Shown: positions 1 through 12,767 of the stretch, one piece after another
How positions within the stretch are numbered: the stretch's first letter is position 1
How the letters are laid out: each line of letters begins with the position of its first letter
Source of the DNA: Kudoa neothunni
Lineage: Eukaryota; Animalia; Cnidaria
DNA length: 64,000 nt
Direction: 5' to 3'
Assembly: GCA_964304625.1 (NCBI GenBank)
Contig: OZ199838.1
Location: forward strand, 4,166,705 to 4,230,704
The notes under the pieces: generated by a model
Databases searched by the model: none
Told to the model about the DNA's origin: nothing
The model's input: the letters and a program-made list of their open reading frames with translations, nothing else
Translations under genes and position numbers: made by a program

Positions 1-579
1 TGGTTTTATTTTTATGGGTATAGATTATTTCTAAATAGATAAAAATGCTGACAACCTACTTACGGCTTAAGCATATAAATATGTTATTTTGAAAGATAAC
101 AAAGTTACGTTTTTACATGAAAATAGCGTTAGTTAGATTTTGTACACTGAACAGGTTTAATATAAACTATTATCATACTGCGCTATTTCGTAGAATCAAT
201 TAAAATAAATTACAAATTAAATAAATTATCATATCCCATTTTTCTGAATAGAAACTAATTGATATCAAAACAACCAAAAATGTCATTACATGATTTAAAC
301 GGGTACTAACGAAAATTACGATATGAATAAATTAAGATTAATTTTTAAATTTATTCTGGAATGACTCTCGCATCCCCTGTGGGGTACACTGAAATAGTAC
401 AACAATTTTAAACGAAACTAGTTATCGTAGAATTTTAAGGATTATTATAGAATTACTTCATTTCTTTTCAACTGGTTCTGACAATATATTTTTTTCTTGT
501 ATATAAAATAAAAAACCCCGAGGTATTTTTTTACCCCAAAATCCATCGGAGGTAAGCCGATTTTAAATACATTAGAGGG
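1..579. mobile_element. Right end of a piggyBac-like element (left end not in window)
   Basis: Ends ...GAGGG|TTAA (TTAA 580-583). A subterminal GGTATTTTTTTACCCC motif resembles the other piggyBac ends in the window. Confidence 0.4.
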
Positions 580-2734
580 TTAAAAATTATATTTTAAAAC
601 TTTAAATGAAATTAAAATGATCTGATTCATCTATTCGAGGTTTTAATCACGGAAAACTACAATTATTTAGGTAATATTCAAGCTGAATGATTAAACTAAA
701 TTAAAAAATAATCCATTTTATTAATAGGATTTTAAATCTAAAAAGGATAGATTTTCGAAATTACTCTACTGGAGAAAAGGTTTATGTTGAATCTAAGAGC
801 TTACTTCTCTATATTATTGTCATTTATCGCTTTTTAAATCACCAAAGAAATTTCAAATTTTATTCTACAAACTTATTTATTTATTAAATTATTACAAAAT
901 TAATATAATTCGTTTTTAATCACTTGTTTTGCTTTCGTACTAGGAGTATATCACGCGAAAATTTGCATTATTGATAATCCCATAATAAATGTCAATGATT
1001 CTACATTTTATTTTTGTTATTCATTGATCTAAAAACATTATTAAACATTTATTTAACTGGTGTAAAATATATGTAAGAAAAATGTGATTTTCTACGTTTA
1101 AACTTAAGTGATCCTCCCTCGTGAATTGCGTGCGAATATGATTGCCAATCCGTATAAGTTTATGACCGTAAATATGCGTATAAATTATATATTTTCAAAA
1201 CTTTTATTTCTCAAGAATTTATTTATATCAAAAAATAATGAAATTTTAAGTGTTTAGAAATCACATGCTAACCTGAAAGAGGATTAAAGAGAGTAACGCG
1301 CATCGAATCCTTCATGATTTGGGAATGTGTGGCTGAGCATTGGTTTAAAAACAAAAATAAATTATTTTATATATAAATGAATTAAATGGTTTTAAAATAT
1401 TTTTTGCGTAGAATTTGTTTATTAATCCTCATGGATTGTAGCGTTCACACTCTTTGAATTCTGCATTCTAACTGGAGGGAAAACTAGCGGTTAAATTAGA
1501 TTTAATACTGAATGGTTTATACTCGTGCACACTCATTTATTATTAATGCCAATAACTATCGCTTATACATTAACTAGCCCGTGTTGTACGTCGTGACAAA
1601 AAAGTATGCGTTAGTTTATGGAGACTTTTTTGGGACCCCGGCGAAATCAGTCTTGAACGCTATCAGTTATTGTGATACAAACTTGACGCTATTTAAAACA
1701 TGTACGAATATAAATAAACAATATCTGTTTATTTCTCATAGTTTAAAAGTAAACACAAGTCCTCAATTAATCGATCGAATTGAGCAAATGAGATAGAATC
1801 AATACATAAATTTCACAAAAACTAATAGATGATGGAATGATATTGACAAAACTTAGCATTGTCCTGCATTAATTATCGTTCTGAGTCGAAAATAGGACAT
1901 CATCCGCGCATTCGTTTTACTCTAAAGTGGCGCAGAAATCAATGTTTGAGAAAATCTCCCCCTTTTTAATTTTTTTAAACGTAAATTAAAATAATAAAAA
2001 ATTGTAAATATTTTATTGTTTTGTAGTTCGCTGCCATTATTAACTACCATAATCTCTCAAGTTTCTACGATTTATATTTTACTTATTTGCATCTTTAAAG
2101 GTTATTATAAATACATTAAATATTTCAAATAAAGTGTTTTGAGACGGTTCAATTGTCGAACATCTTGGAAATTCATATTCATTAAACTGGTAGAGCGTGA
2201 GTTTTAACACTTCTACAGGAATCATTCCATAGAAGACATATATCAATATAAAAGTTAGTATATGCGGTCAATAATGATTTATGCGCACACTTTTAGGGAT
2301 TGACAAAGAGATACGCGATAAATCTTCTATGAGCAATATTCGTCTACATGCGCGCGCGGCAAGTAACATTCGAAGTATCATCCTTGAAATAAGATAATTA
2401 ACTATTATATCATGAAATATTCTGTTATTAATTTTTATTACTTGTTTGATTTTATAATTTTACGTATCCAACTATCATTGACTAAAAAGCATTCAATTTA
2501 ACTGGATCTTGAAAGTTAAACGCCTTGTGAATTCCTGATTAGGCATTTTTCAGTTTCTCTACATTGGCACCATATGTAATATGGTCATTTTCGTTTGATA
2601 CTGATTTCAATTTTTTTTCTGTTTTAAATATTTATCAATGATAATTATACACATATTATGTGTATTTAAAACAATGTAAATTAAAATGTTAAAATCTTTT
2701 AATTTTTTAAATTAATTGTTATTTTAAAAAGTTA

Positions 2735-3560
2735 TTAATTATTGTTTAGTTTATAAATTTTTTGAGGGATTTTTATTCTTGGATTTAAGTGATATTTGGC
2801 TATTATTGAAAAATATTTTACAATAATTTTTTTAAACCGTTATATAGTATATAATAATGACGTAGATCCATACATCATTTGTAAAAAAAATAAAACCCCC
2901 ATAATAAAGTCATTATAAAAATATAAAATCAAATAAATTGAATTTATAACAAAAACACATGATGAATAATGTGAATAAAAAATAGCAATGAATTTATATT
3001 ATTTCTGTACTTAATTTTTTAATTTGTTTATAAGTTAATTCGTTTCCTACAACAATTGTCTCTTTTTATTTAAATTTTAATTTAAAAAGTAATATAACAT
3101 TTATAGATCATCATTGCGCATTTGTTGAGTATGTACAAAGGAACGGATTAAATATACTGCTCCGTATAATCGTTACACTGTGCAGGTACAAAACAATACC
3201 TAAGAAGTATTTCGTTATTAATATGGTGTATACATATTATTTCTTTTAAAATTTAATGACATCGATTTAATCAGCCTGAACCGTTATGTATTTTCCTGAC
3301 TAATTTCGGAGAAAAGACTCTTTACTTCATTTTTATCCAGTATATATTGATTTCATCTGATTTATTAAATTAGTAATAAGTAAAATCTAAGTATTTTGTT
3401 TACCATCAATTTGATCATTAATATATTTACGAAAGTAATAAATTTATGTGTAGAACTTAATTTCGCGGCTTTCTATAAATATATTGTCAATTTCATCCCC
3501 ATTACTACCATTATCGATCAGTAGTAATCGTATTAAATCTAGTGAAAATATTTTCTGAGT
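2735..3560. repeat. Dispersed decayed repeat, copy 1 (homologous to ~27430-28510)
   Basis: Colinear similar blocks: TTAGTTTATAAATTTTTT.AGG; 3113-3210 vs 27951-28050; AATTTC.GAGAAAAGAC; AATTTGATCA. Boundaries are approximate. Confidence 0.6.
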
Positions 3561-3919
3561 ACACTATCAATTTTTCCTTAATCTATATTACCTAATGTAC
3601 AAATTACAAAACTTAAGAAATTATTATTTTTTTATTTTATCGGATGAATCACAGACTATTGTATTGCCAATAAAAGTGGATTCTTAACGAAACGAACGCT
3701 CATTACTCATGCGCGTTTGAGATTAATTCCTCCAATTCCCTGTTAAATCGAAGTAGACATAAGAAATCACATTTTTCCCCAAAATAAATAGAAAAGATTA
3801 TTTGTAGAAATTAATAGATAACAAATTTTCTACATTGCGGATAACATTTCACTAATTTTTATCAAAGGTAATACAAAGAAAAAACAACAACATTTTATTT
3901 AACCTTTCTGTTAACTTAG

Positions 3920-5426
3920 ATGGGTTTAGGAAAATTTCTTGACGGTGATAGCAACGATTCTTATCTATCTGATTTAGAGTCCCATTAGCGATGACTCATG
4001 TAGTGATGATTTGGTATTAGAAAAAAGAGATAATTCAAGTTCTGAATCATTTGAGAATATAGAAGAAACCTATATATATATATATATCTAAAATCACTCA
4101 ACTTTGGAAACTTCTGACGAGTATAAAGATAAATTTTATGGAAACAACTTTGAATGGTCAGCTAATCCTGTTGGATTATTTTCTAATAAAAGGAAATACG
4201 ATATCTTAAACGAAAAAAATAAAGTACACATTCCTGATAATATTAACACAGAAGTTCAAATCTGGAGCTTATTTTTTACAGATGCAATATTAAATAATAT
4301 ATTTTATCACATCGACAACCATTTAAAAAACATTAAGTCAAATTTAACCGACATGAATGAACTCTGGGCAGATGATGACTTTGGCATTCCATTATGCAAA
4401 AAAGTTTTCAATTTTAATAGATTCAAATTATTGAAAAGATGTCTACATTATGCGGAAAATTTGCCAGACTCTGCTCATCATAAATTTGAAAAAATTAAAG
4501 ATGTTTTCAGTGGCTTCAAAAAAAAATTCTTAAAATATTCAATATGACAGATTCAAAGACATTTTATACCTTAAACTTCGAAGTTTACGTGGGAGCTCAG
4601 AGTAACGTGAGTAATTCTGCTTAAGTGTAGTTATGCGTCTAGCACAATCAATTTTAGGTTCTGACAGAAACATAACTTTAGATAACTGGTTTTATTCTGT
4701 TCCCCTTTTTCAAGAATTGTTAAAAAATGGAATAACTGCTTGCGGAACTTTAAAACAAAATAAAAAAGAAATTCCTGGTGAAGTTTTAACATCAAAAACA
4801 AAAGAGCTGTACTCATCGAAATTTGCATATATTAAAGAGTTAACGCCTAATTTCATATGACCCTAAAAAGAATAGATCGGTCATCGTGTTGAGCACATTT
4901 CATCACAGACCAATAGTCGACTTAGAAAATCCTAAAAAAATTCCAGAAATTATTTCATTTTATAACTCTACCAAGGGTGGTATTGATACAGTTGACCAAA
5001 TGTGTGTCAATTATTCCACCTATTGAACAACTAGAAAATGGCCGGTAGTAATATTTCACACTTTGTTAGACGTTGTATCAATCAACGCTTTTGTTATTTA
5101 CTATGTAAAATTGGGCAAACAAATAAGAGGGAAAGATTTTTTGAAATCGTTATCCATGCAGCTTATGGAAGAGAAAATCTGTAGAAAAGGTACTAAACAT
5201 TATTTACTTTAATTAAAACCTTATAGAACCACCAGAAATCAATTTCTCACAAGAATCCAACAATCTCATCGCCAAAACGATAAAAAAACCCGAACAGCGT
5301 GTCACAGTTGCAAAAATCAATTAAAATAATATATGTGGCAATTTACATCGAGTTTTTTCTCGTGGGATCCAACGGACCCCATGCGTGCGTTCACGTTAAG
5401 TTTTTTGCGCGCTCCACGGGGGATGG
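3920..5426 (+). mobile_element. Decayed piggyBac element (transposase pseudogene plus right end)
   Basis: Acidic N-terminus, WSLFFTD, NRFKLL, NITLDNWF, PEIISFYNSTKGGIDTVDQM and a Cys-rich C-terminal remnant, broken by stops and frameshifts. Ends GGGGATGG|TTAA (5427-5430). Left TIR not found. Confidence 0.85.
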
Positions 5427-5693
5427 TTAATGCGTAGTTTTTACTCTCCAAACAACAGATAAAATTATGAAGTTGATATCTTTTTTGCATCCCATTTCAG
5501 ATTTAGTAAGATTTATTATCGAATTATCCTATATTCAATTTTACTAGTTGTTCAAAACTCCCGCTAAAATCAGACACCACATTTTATGAAAATAACTTTT
5601 CTTAATACTTATATGTCAAAATTTTTAGCAATTTTAAGCAAGAAGAGCGCGGATATCAAGAAAACACTAAATATAACAGTATTGTTTTAAAAA

Positions 5694-6725
5694 TTAGCTT
5701 TTTCCATTTGTAGTAGTTGATGACAAATTGAGAAGTTGATCAAGTTCTTCTTGGGCTTTTTTCTCAATCATTCTAACTTCATTCATAGTCATTCCATGCC
5801 ACTCATCTTGCCACAACCACACATTACAATGAATTTCATGCAGTTGAGAGATCAATCTATTCATAAGAAACCTTTCGACTTTGGTCTGTGCAACGATAGA
5901 AGCAACTTATTACACAAATAAAACACACAAATGGAGATACTTGAAGACCCCAATAGGGGAAATTCACTTTCACAATCTTATAGGAGCACATGATGGGTTC
6001 GGTTGTTTTTATCCAATCGCTTGTCAAAGGTCCCCTTTTTGTTTTCTCCGAGACAAAATGTTTAGGGTCAAGATCAGGACTAGCAAAAGGTTTTCCAGCC
6101 ATATTCTCATCGCATATATCAATAAGTGAGTATGCTACGAATTTTTTAATTCCATTAAAAAAAAATAGTATTACGCAAAACTTCTCCTTCTTTTTCAAGT
6201 TCTTCTTTAACATATATACTATCCTACCAAAAAATTAGTTGAAAAAGAAAAACAACTAGAATAAACCACATTTGTGCCATTATCAGGCAAAAAGTTAGTT
6301 TCCATAACGATTTCAGCGCTGGAGAACAAAGGAATGTGATAGATAGTTTTGCTGTAGGGATAAGCATTCCACGCCTCTTCAATGACATGACAATTTTTCG
6401 GTATTAGAAATTGCAACCATCCAGGTATTTTATGATACAGATAGTAGATTTTTTTGGTGAATTGACCATCCCCACCAGGTCCGCCAGTGTACGGTTCGTT
6501 GATGAGGATTTTGATACCGTCATCAGCTGAAGTAGTATTTAATTTGCTCATTTTCTAATAGTGGGTAATTAGTTGATTTAACAAGCAAACAAAGGTTGGC
6601 ATAAAGATTCCCATGTGGGGAAGTATTATCGATATATTCCATCGTACCTGAATAGAATAAAGCTGGGCAACACGATATTCTTCCACCTCAAGTGGCATAG
6701 GGGTACGGAATTCTTTGATAAGCAT
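5694..6725 (-). CDS. Class II phosphatidylinositol transfer protein (single PITP domain), 5 exons, 265 aa
   Basis: Exons 6725-6648, 6554-6270, 6223-6175, 6134-5941, 5885-5694 join in frame through GT-AG introns. Motifs MLIKEFR..PL.VEEY..AQLY, GQFTKKIY, EEAWNAYPY, SEKTKRGPL, PIMCSYK, WGLQ, WQDEW. Confidence 0.93.
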
Positions 6726-6949
6726 GATACACGGCGGACAACTGATGCAATAAATCTATTGCTAAGAACACGCGTGCGCATTAAATCCAAATACGGTATA
6801 ACTTAGTGTCGCATGTGCATTGCCATTTGTCGCATAATCTTTGTATGTTATTAATATGGATAGAAAATGTGAATGAACAATATAATGCGCATAAATAAAT
6901 GAAACTCAATCATACATGGATTTTTATAGTTACAAATTAGGACAAAAGG

Positions 6950-7419
6950 TTAAAAATCTAAATTGTTGGATTTTGAAGAGGTTGAGACAAATGAACAGGA
7001 CATCTTGGGAGCTTTAGTTGGGTTGTCGTTTGTGGTAGTGCTATCATCATCGTCTTCAACTGGTATGTGTATTTCCTATTAGAGAAATCATGCTAGAGTG
7101 AAAAACGTGTGTGATTGTACTTTTATGCTGAAACGATTGGATTTAATCTTGAATGCCCATTCATAAGAAGGGATTCTATAGTTACCAATCGAATTAAGTG
7201 AATACAACTTCTTGAATGTTAGAAAACCTTAAAAAGTTTACTAACTCGCTACTCTAACACAACGATACGATGAACTACCATCATACTCGTTGTAGTAATT
7301 GGAATCGGTTGAACCCAAATTTAAGGAGCTAATAGTTGACAGTTTTATGTAGAAATCCGATATGTTTAATATTTTTTGGTAGAATGATTCCTATAATGTC
7401 AATATACATATACATACAC

Positions 7420-7450
<31 letters not shown>

Positions 7451-8514
7451 TTGATAATTCAAATAAATGAATATAATATGAGATTTGTAGAAAAACATTC
7501 ACTTACCATGGGAATAAATTTGTACGGATTGATATTGGGACTAGAGAATGTTAAAATACATGAGACGGACGAGCGCCTAAGCGCAGATTTGAGTGCATAG
7601 AGGTAGTGGAATAATTTGTTCGGTGGCCATTGCGAAAACGATCCCCACAATGGCGACGTTATATCTTCAATCACTAAACGTTTGATTTCCTTGCTATTCT
7701 AAATATTTGAGTATTGTTATTTTTTAAATATTTGAGAAATTGAGTGACTTTTTCGTTGGACGATGTTGGCTTGTTGGATGGAACAGTTGAACTGATAACA
7801 AAATCCAATATTTCTCTATGGAATATTAGCGATCAAAAGATCGGTCAAAACCCAATCTAACTTGGCAGTATCTTCATCGCTGATATCGAAAAATTTAATA
7901 TTATCCATTTTGAGGAACTCTTTCTGATAACTCGAAGGAACAGTTTCTATTGTCTCATTTGATGTATTCTTTAAGAAGCTGTATCTCCATGATATCTTAA
8001 GCGATTTATCAATGTCTGTCGGTTGACGATAAGGATTTGGCGTATTATTTTCTGGAGTGGATTTCATAAAAGTTTTGTGATTGTGTAGATCGATATCACG
8101 TTTTAAAAAAAATTTATTGTTTTGAGTGGGATCCTCAACAAGTGCCGCATAAATTGAATGGTCATATACAAGACCATCAACGATGTATTTGGACAACAAT
8201 GCCCTATAGCAACTACTAGGATAATCTTGTTCTAAATTGAATACCAACAGCAGTTATATAATAATTTTGCGGAAAAAATTATTTTAAATTAAATTAACCT
8301 ATAATCATAAGTGAACCAATGGGGATTCCACCAGCTACACCGAAATTACGTCAACACAACTAGATGGTATCTTACAAAGCAGCTCATCTAATGTTCGTAT
8401 CCCACTACTAACTACAATTTGACGTGAGAGCACATTAGCTTTGGTCCCATTGTATGCAGCTACAGCTGCCTTTGGGTCACTTTTTTTAAAGCCGTTTCCT
8501 TCAGGTTGCTTCAT
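6950..8514 (-). CDS. ELP4: Elongator complex protein 4, 8 exons
   Basis: VSSGIRTLDELLSGGIPIGSLMIIEQD; LLSKYIVDG; LKISWRY; SPLWG; FHYLYALKSALR; WAFKIK..RFSIKEIHIP; C-terminal LDF*. Short GT-AG introns. Confidence 0.9.
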
Positions 8515-8850
8515 TTTGGTACTTGCTTGCGCATTATATGCCCCTAATGCAATGCATAATGGAATTTGATTTTAATGCCTTTAAGATTAATCCATTTAAA
8601 GTGCCAATTACACAAAAATCTATTCAAATAATACGAATAAAATATGGTTGCTGTATAAAATCGCTCTATTATTTATTATTTACGAATTATATTCGAAAAT
8701 TTTCGATATTGTATTTATTACGTTTTAATGTTGAAGTTAATGAATTTTGAAAAGCGCCATCCATTTTTTAACTATATTAAGAATTTGGAGTGAAATATTA
8801 AAGCAAGGTTTATCAACCGGGGTAAAATTTTAGATGGCAAGAGGTAAATA

Positions 8851-9607
8851 CAGTCCGTTACCGAGTTTACGCCCTTTTTAAAAAGAAATTCAATTTAAAT
8901 AATCAAATGTACAATAAATATATAATATTCTTTTTATTTTGTTATTAAAGAATTTGGATGTAAATACTATAATAAGGTTGCAAAATTTCCAGATTGATAA
9001 TCATATGGCTGCACGGTTTTCCACACTTTTTTCGGAACGTCTTTGAAAAAAATAAATAATAAAATATGTCCACAATATTTACTCCGAAACAGCCAAATTC
9101 GTTACTATAATGCACCAGACGTATCCTCCATATCCAACCTCTATGGCACCTTAAAAAACATAAATAAAATTTTGTACATGATCGCAATAATGAAAGCTAT
9201 ATTTCAAATATTTGGACGAATTTTCGGTGACCAAAACAACTAATTATTTTATTTCTAAGTGAAAAAATTTTTTTTCTTAAATGTATTCAATTCAATTATA
9301 TGAAATAGTTATGTATATTATTATATGCGCGCTAATAAATGCGTAAAACTGGACGTTGCCAATTTCACACACACATTTTTACACGATCCCGAAGGGATTG
9401 CTCAAACCCGGTTAACGACTGTGCCTTTATTTAAAAAAGATTTAACGTTTTTATCAGAATTTGTGCATTTGAATTATGCTATTTAATAAATAATTGAATA
9501 ATTTTCTGGAATGCGAGGACAAAAAAGTGCGTAAAACTGGAAGTGACCAATTTTACACACCTTGTTTCCTAGTCCCGAGGGGATTACGTAAAACCGGTCA
9601 CTGACTG
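8851..9607. mobile_element. Non-autonomous Tc1/pogo-type element with two tandem 3' ends
   Basis: Left end TA|CAGTCCGTTACCG. Two ~80-bp similar terminal blocks (9340-9421 and 9529-9607), the last ending CGGTCACTGACTG|TA. Related to the termini at 37830 and 54192. Confidence 0.6.
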
Positions 9608-10675
9608 TATTAAACTCAATAATAAATCGGAAGATTTTATTAGGATGTTTTCAGGAATAAGTATTTAACCAATATCTATAAAATTACAAATAGTCTCTTT
9701 CTTTTGTGGCTCGTTTTTTTGAGTGATGTAGCCTAATAACACTTAAATAAGTACACAAACTTAAAGTGTATATGAATTTGGCTTACAAATTAAGTGTGGA
9801 AATTTTGATTTTTAATTAATTGGAGAGGGTAAATTTAAAAAAATGTTTAAGAACCTCTGTATTAGATGACTAAATTATTAAATTAATTACAACGAAATAC
9901 TACGAGATTTAAAATAAAAACTTACAGAATTTATTCCAAAAATACATATCGAGGTTGAGAATTTGATGAAGAGAGTAAATTTGAGGTGGCTGAATAAACG
10001 TTTTAAATTTCTGAATAAAGAACTGCTATTATTTAAATCATACATTTGTTTCTAAGACAAAACTTACATTAAATTGCTTAATTTATATTCTTTAATTGAC
10101 TAAGATGGTAATATATTTTACAAATGAGCTTAATACCATATATCACAACAATTTATTAGAGAAATAAATTATACAATATCGCACACACAGTTACTCTGTA
10201 TCGCATAACTTCTCCTTAATCCAAAAAGTTACGCAATATCTGAATCATACTGTAATTGCTACAGTGACTCATGCAGTACGTATTATCAAAAGGGGAATTA
10301 AAATCATTATGTAAATTCCACAAGTCAATATATTCATTAGCTATGGGCGCGCAATTAACTAACACGAAGGGATCGATCACACGTTATCAACATAAACTTT
10401 CCACAACATATTAGGAACCATCCCATATCAACTAAAAAATTATATTTTAATTTTGGATACATTTAACGAGATGTTAAGCTAATAAGCACTGGCATCAATA
10501 TTTTAGCCTTAGCGGTAACCAACGAAGTATCATCGAATCGTATTGTCAAGGATTAGTCAATAGAATAACATTTGATTATTTCAGTGCTTTATCGACAACC
10601 AACATCTTAAAATAATGTATGTCTTCAGTAATAAATTTAATATCTTTATTTAATTCACATGAGGCATAAATTTTA

Positions 10676-11386
10676 GGCAGTGGCTATTTCACGGGCCATT
10701 AATTTATAAATTCTTAAGCATATACAAATGACCCTAAAATAACGTACCTGGCTGAATGTGAACAGGTTTTTTAACTTTCGAAACAGACTAACAATCAAAG
10801 TATTCGTTCACAAATGTTTTAAACAGTTTGGAAAATTTATAACGACTATTTTTTCATGATTATGTGCATGCTACAGATTAATTTGGTATGCCAGAGTGAA
10901 AAATCAGAATTTATTTAAGGTTGGCATGAAGTTGAATTCTTTTGATAAATTAGAAAGTGCTATAAAGATTTATGAAACGACATCATATTTTGGCTTGTAT
11001 TAATGCCAGGAAGAATCCTCTTAAATATTGAAAGCGCAATAACTAAATCAACCACTCCACTTATCGTTACTACGAAATTACGTATCGATGTGTTTTCGAT
11101 GATACTAACAGGCTCACAAATAATGGATAATGAAATATAAGACAATTCCAAAATGTCTGTTCTGTTAAACTTGCACTGAGAGTGAACGAGGACGGATTGT
11201 CTATTGACTTGCGTACTTCTATTTTGGATTTAACCACCTACATATCGTCATAATTGTATAACGTATACATTTATCGACGAATTTGTAAGCAATGATATTT
11301 ATTGAGATTATTCCAATCTACAAAATTATAATAAATTTTATCCGTTAGTTTTAGAGATATTAATCGTCTGTGAAATAGCCAATGCC
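10676..11386 (+). mobile_element. Internally deleted MULE (GGCAGTGGCTATT family)
   Basis: ~28-bp TIRs (GGCAGTGGCTATTTCAC / GTGAAATAGCCAATGCC); degenerate 9-bp TSD TAAATTTTA/TAATTTGAA. Internal remnant of a FAR1-like N-terminal domain (VGMKLNSFDKL..., YYEITYRC, C..KL.LR..EDG). Confidence 0.75.
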
Positions 11387-12122
11387 TAATTTGAATGCTA
11401 ATTTGTTGATATAATTTATTAAGAAAATAAAAGCCTCGATTATTAGTGTAGATATTCTGTATCTATTCGGTAAACTAAATAACAATTGCTTATGCATTAA
11501 GATTTGAAGGCGTTTACAACGTCACATATAAACATAAGTGCATATACTTAAGAATTTATAAATCAATTGCTCTCTATGGATTATGTTAATATATGAATTT
11601 TCAACAAATTCTATCTATTAGTTTTAGAGACATTAATTTCCTGTTACTAAATTTTACCTAAATGTAAATATAATATTTATTTCCAAAGATTATGGAAAAT
11701 ATTTCACGAAGGAATCTAAGAAAATAAACGAAATTTAAGATACAACCAACCAGTGCGCACGACTGACTGTATTAACAGATTAACTTGTTTAAGGTAATTA
11801 CAATCTCAAGCCAGTCGAGGTTAACTTGGACGCACCTTACAATCCAATAAAACAAAACCCACTCAAAAAATATCCAACATTCCCGAAAACCACAAATATC
11901 AATGTAATTAAAACAAACAAATCCACTGTAGAATTTTCACACCATCGGCAAACAAAACAATCATATGATTTATTGATTTAAACAATAAACAAATTTGAAG
12001 ATATATATATATATATATACACATAGATGAATGCACAGTATAGATATTTTTCATATTAAATCATTCAAAAGAAAAATAATGGTAGATAATTCAAAAAATT
12101 AGTGTGTACACATCAATAACAA

Positions 12123-12573
12123 TTACAGAATGTTTTCCAAAGAATTGGCATCTCTGGGTATGTATTCGATTCCATCAGCCTGGAGATCTTCGATGATATT
12201 TGAAGGAAGAGAGCCAGCCACGGATATCGCGTAACATCCAGCAACGTAGTTGTCCAAAAACTGCCATTTGGCAACCCAACTATCAGATGGTTCCATCATT
12301 GAAATAATACTACATATGTTCCAGTAAACAAATATTATCTCCAAAAATTTGATACCCATAAAAGTTGGTGGTAGTACAAGACATTAATCTATCACGGCTT
12401 GCTGCAATTCGAAGATATCGTTCACAATTGTCACATCCATCCCTTTCAAACAATTCGGATGACTAAAATGGAATAATGGAACTGACACTAGGTCTAAAAA
12501 CCTTGAGCAACGAACAAAGAAGACAACATCGAAGTCCCCTGCTGGTTTTGGGGATCTGATCTAAGGTTTGCAT
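12123..12573 (-). CDS. SUPT4H1: Transcription elongation factor Spt4 (DSIF small subunit), 3 exons
   Basis: LRCCLLCSLLK ... FERDGCDNC ... CTTTNFYGIISMMEPSDSWVAKWQ ... GCYAISVAGSLP; two short GT-AG introns. Confidence 0.96.
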
Positions 12574-12767
12574 TGTTTTCGTGAGTAGTCGGCGATCCGA
12601 AAATTGTAACTGCTAATAGTGCTGGGGGTCGTCAGAAAAATATAATCCTGAAGGTAGATCCGTTTGAAATTTTACAGCGCGGTATATCAAAACTGGGAGA
12701 GTATCTGAGTGAAATATAGAGCCGTTTTTATGAGTTTTGACTCGGTGACTAATGATCGTCGTTTTAG
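12574..12767. promoter_or_regulatory. Putative bidirectional promoter between Spt4 and domino
   Basis: Head-to-head ATGs only 194 bp apart. The domino ATG follows TTTTAG, so a 5' UTR intron is possible. Confidence 0.5.

Noticed and set aside
2100-2610. Possible hAT/BED-finger remnant on the minus strand
   Set aside because: Too decayed to support by eye.
3113-3210. Stop-codon reassignment (aligned TAA codons in the two repeat copies)
   Set aside because: A minus-strand frame explains the alignment without shared stops, and the host gene models I traced read through with the standard code.
6726-6949. Elp4-PITP operon / trans-splicing
   Set aside because: The 224-bp spacer is suggestive only. 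It contains an AATAAA-like region and promoter-like motifs, and there is no direct evidence.
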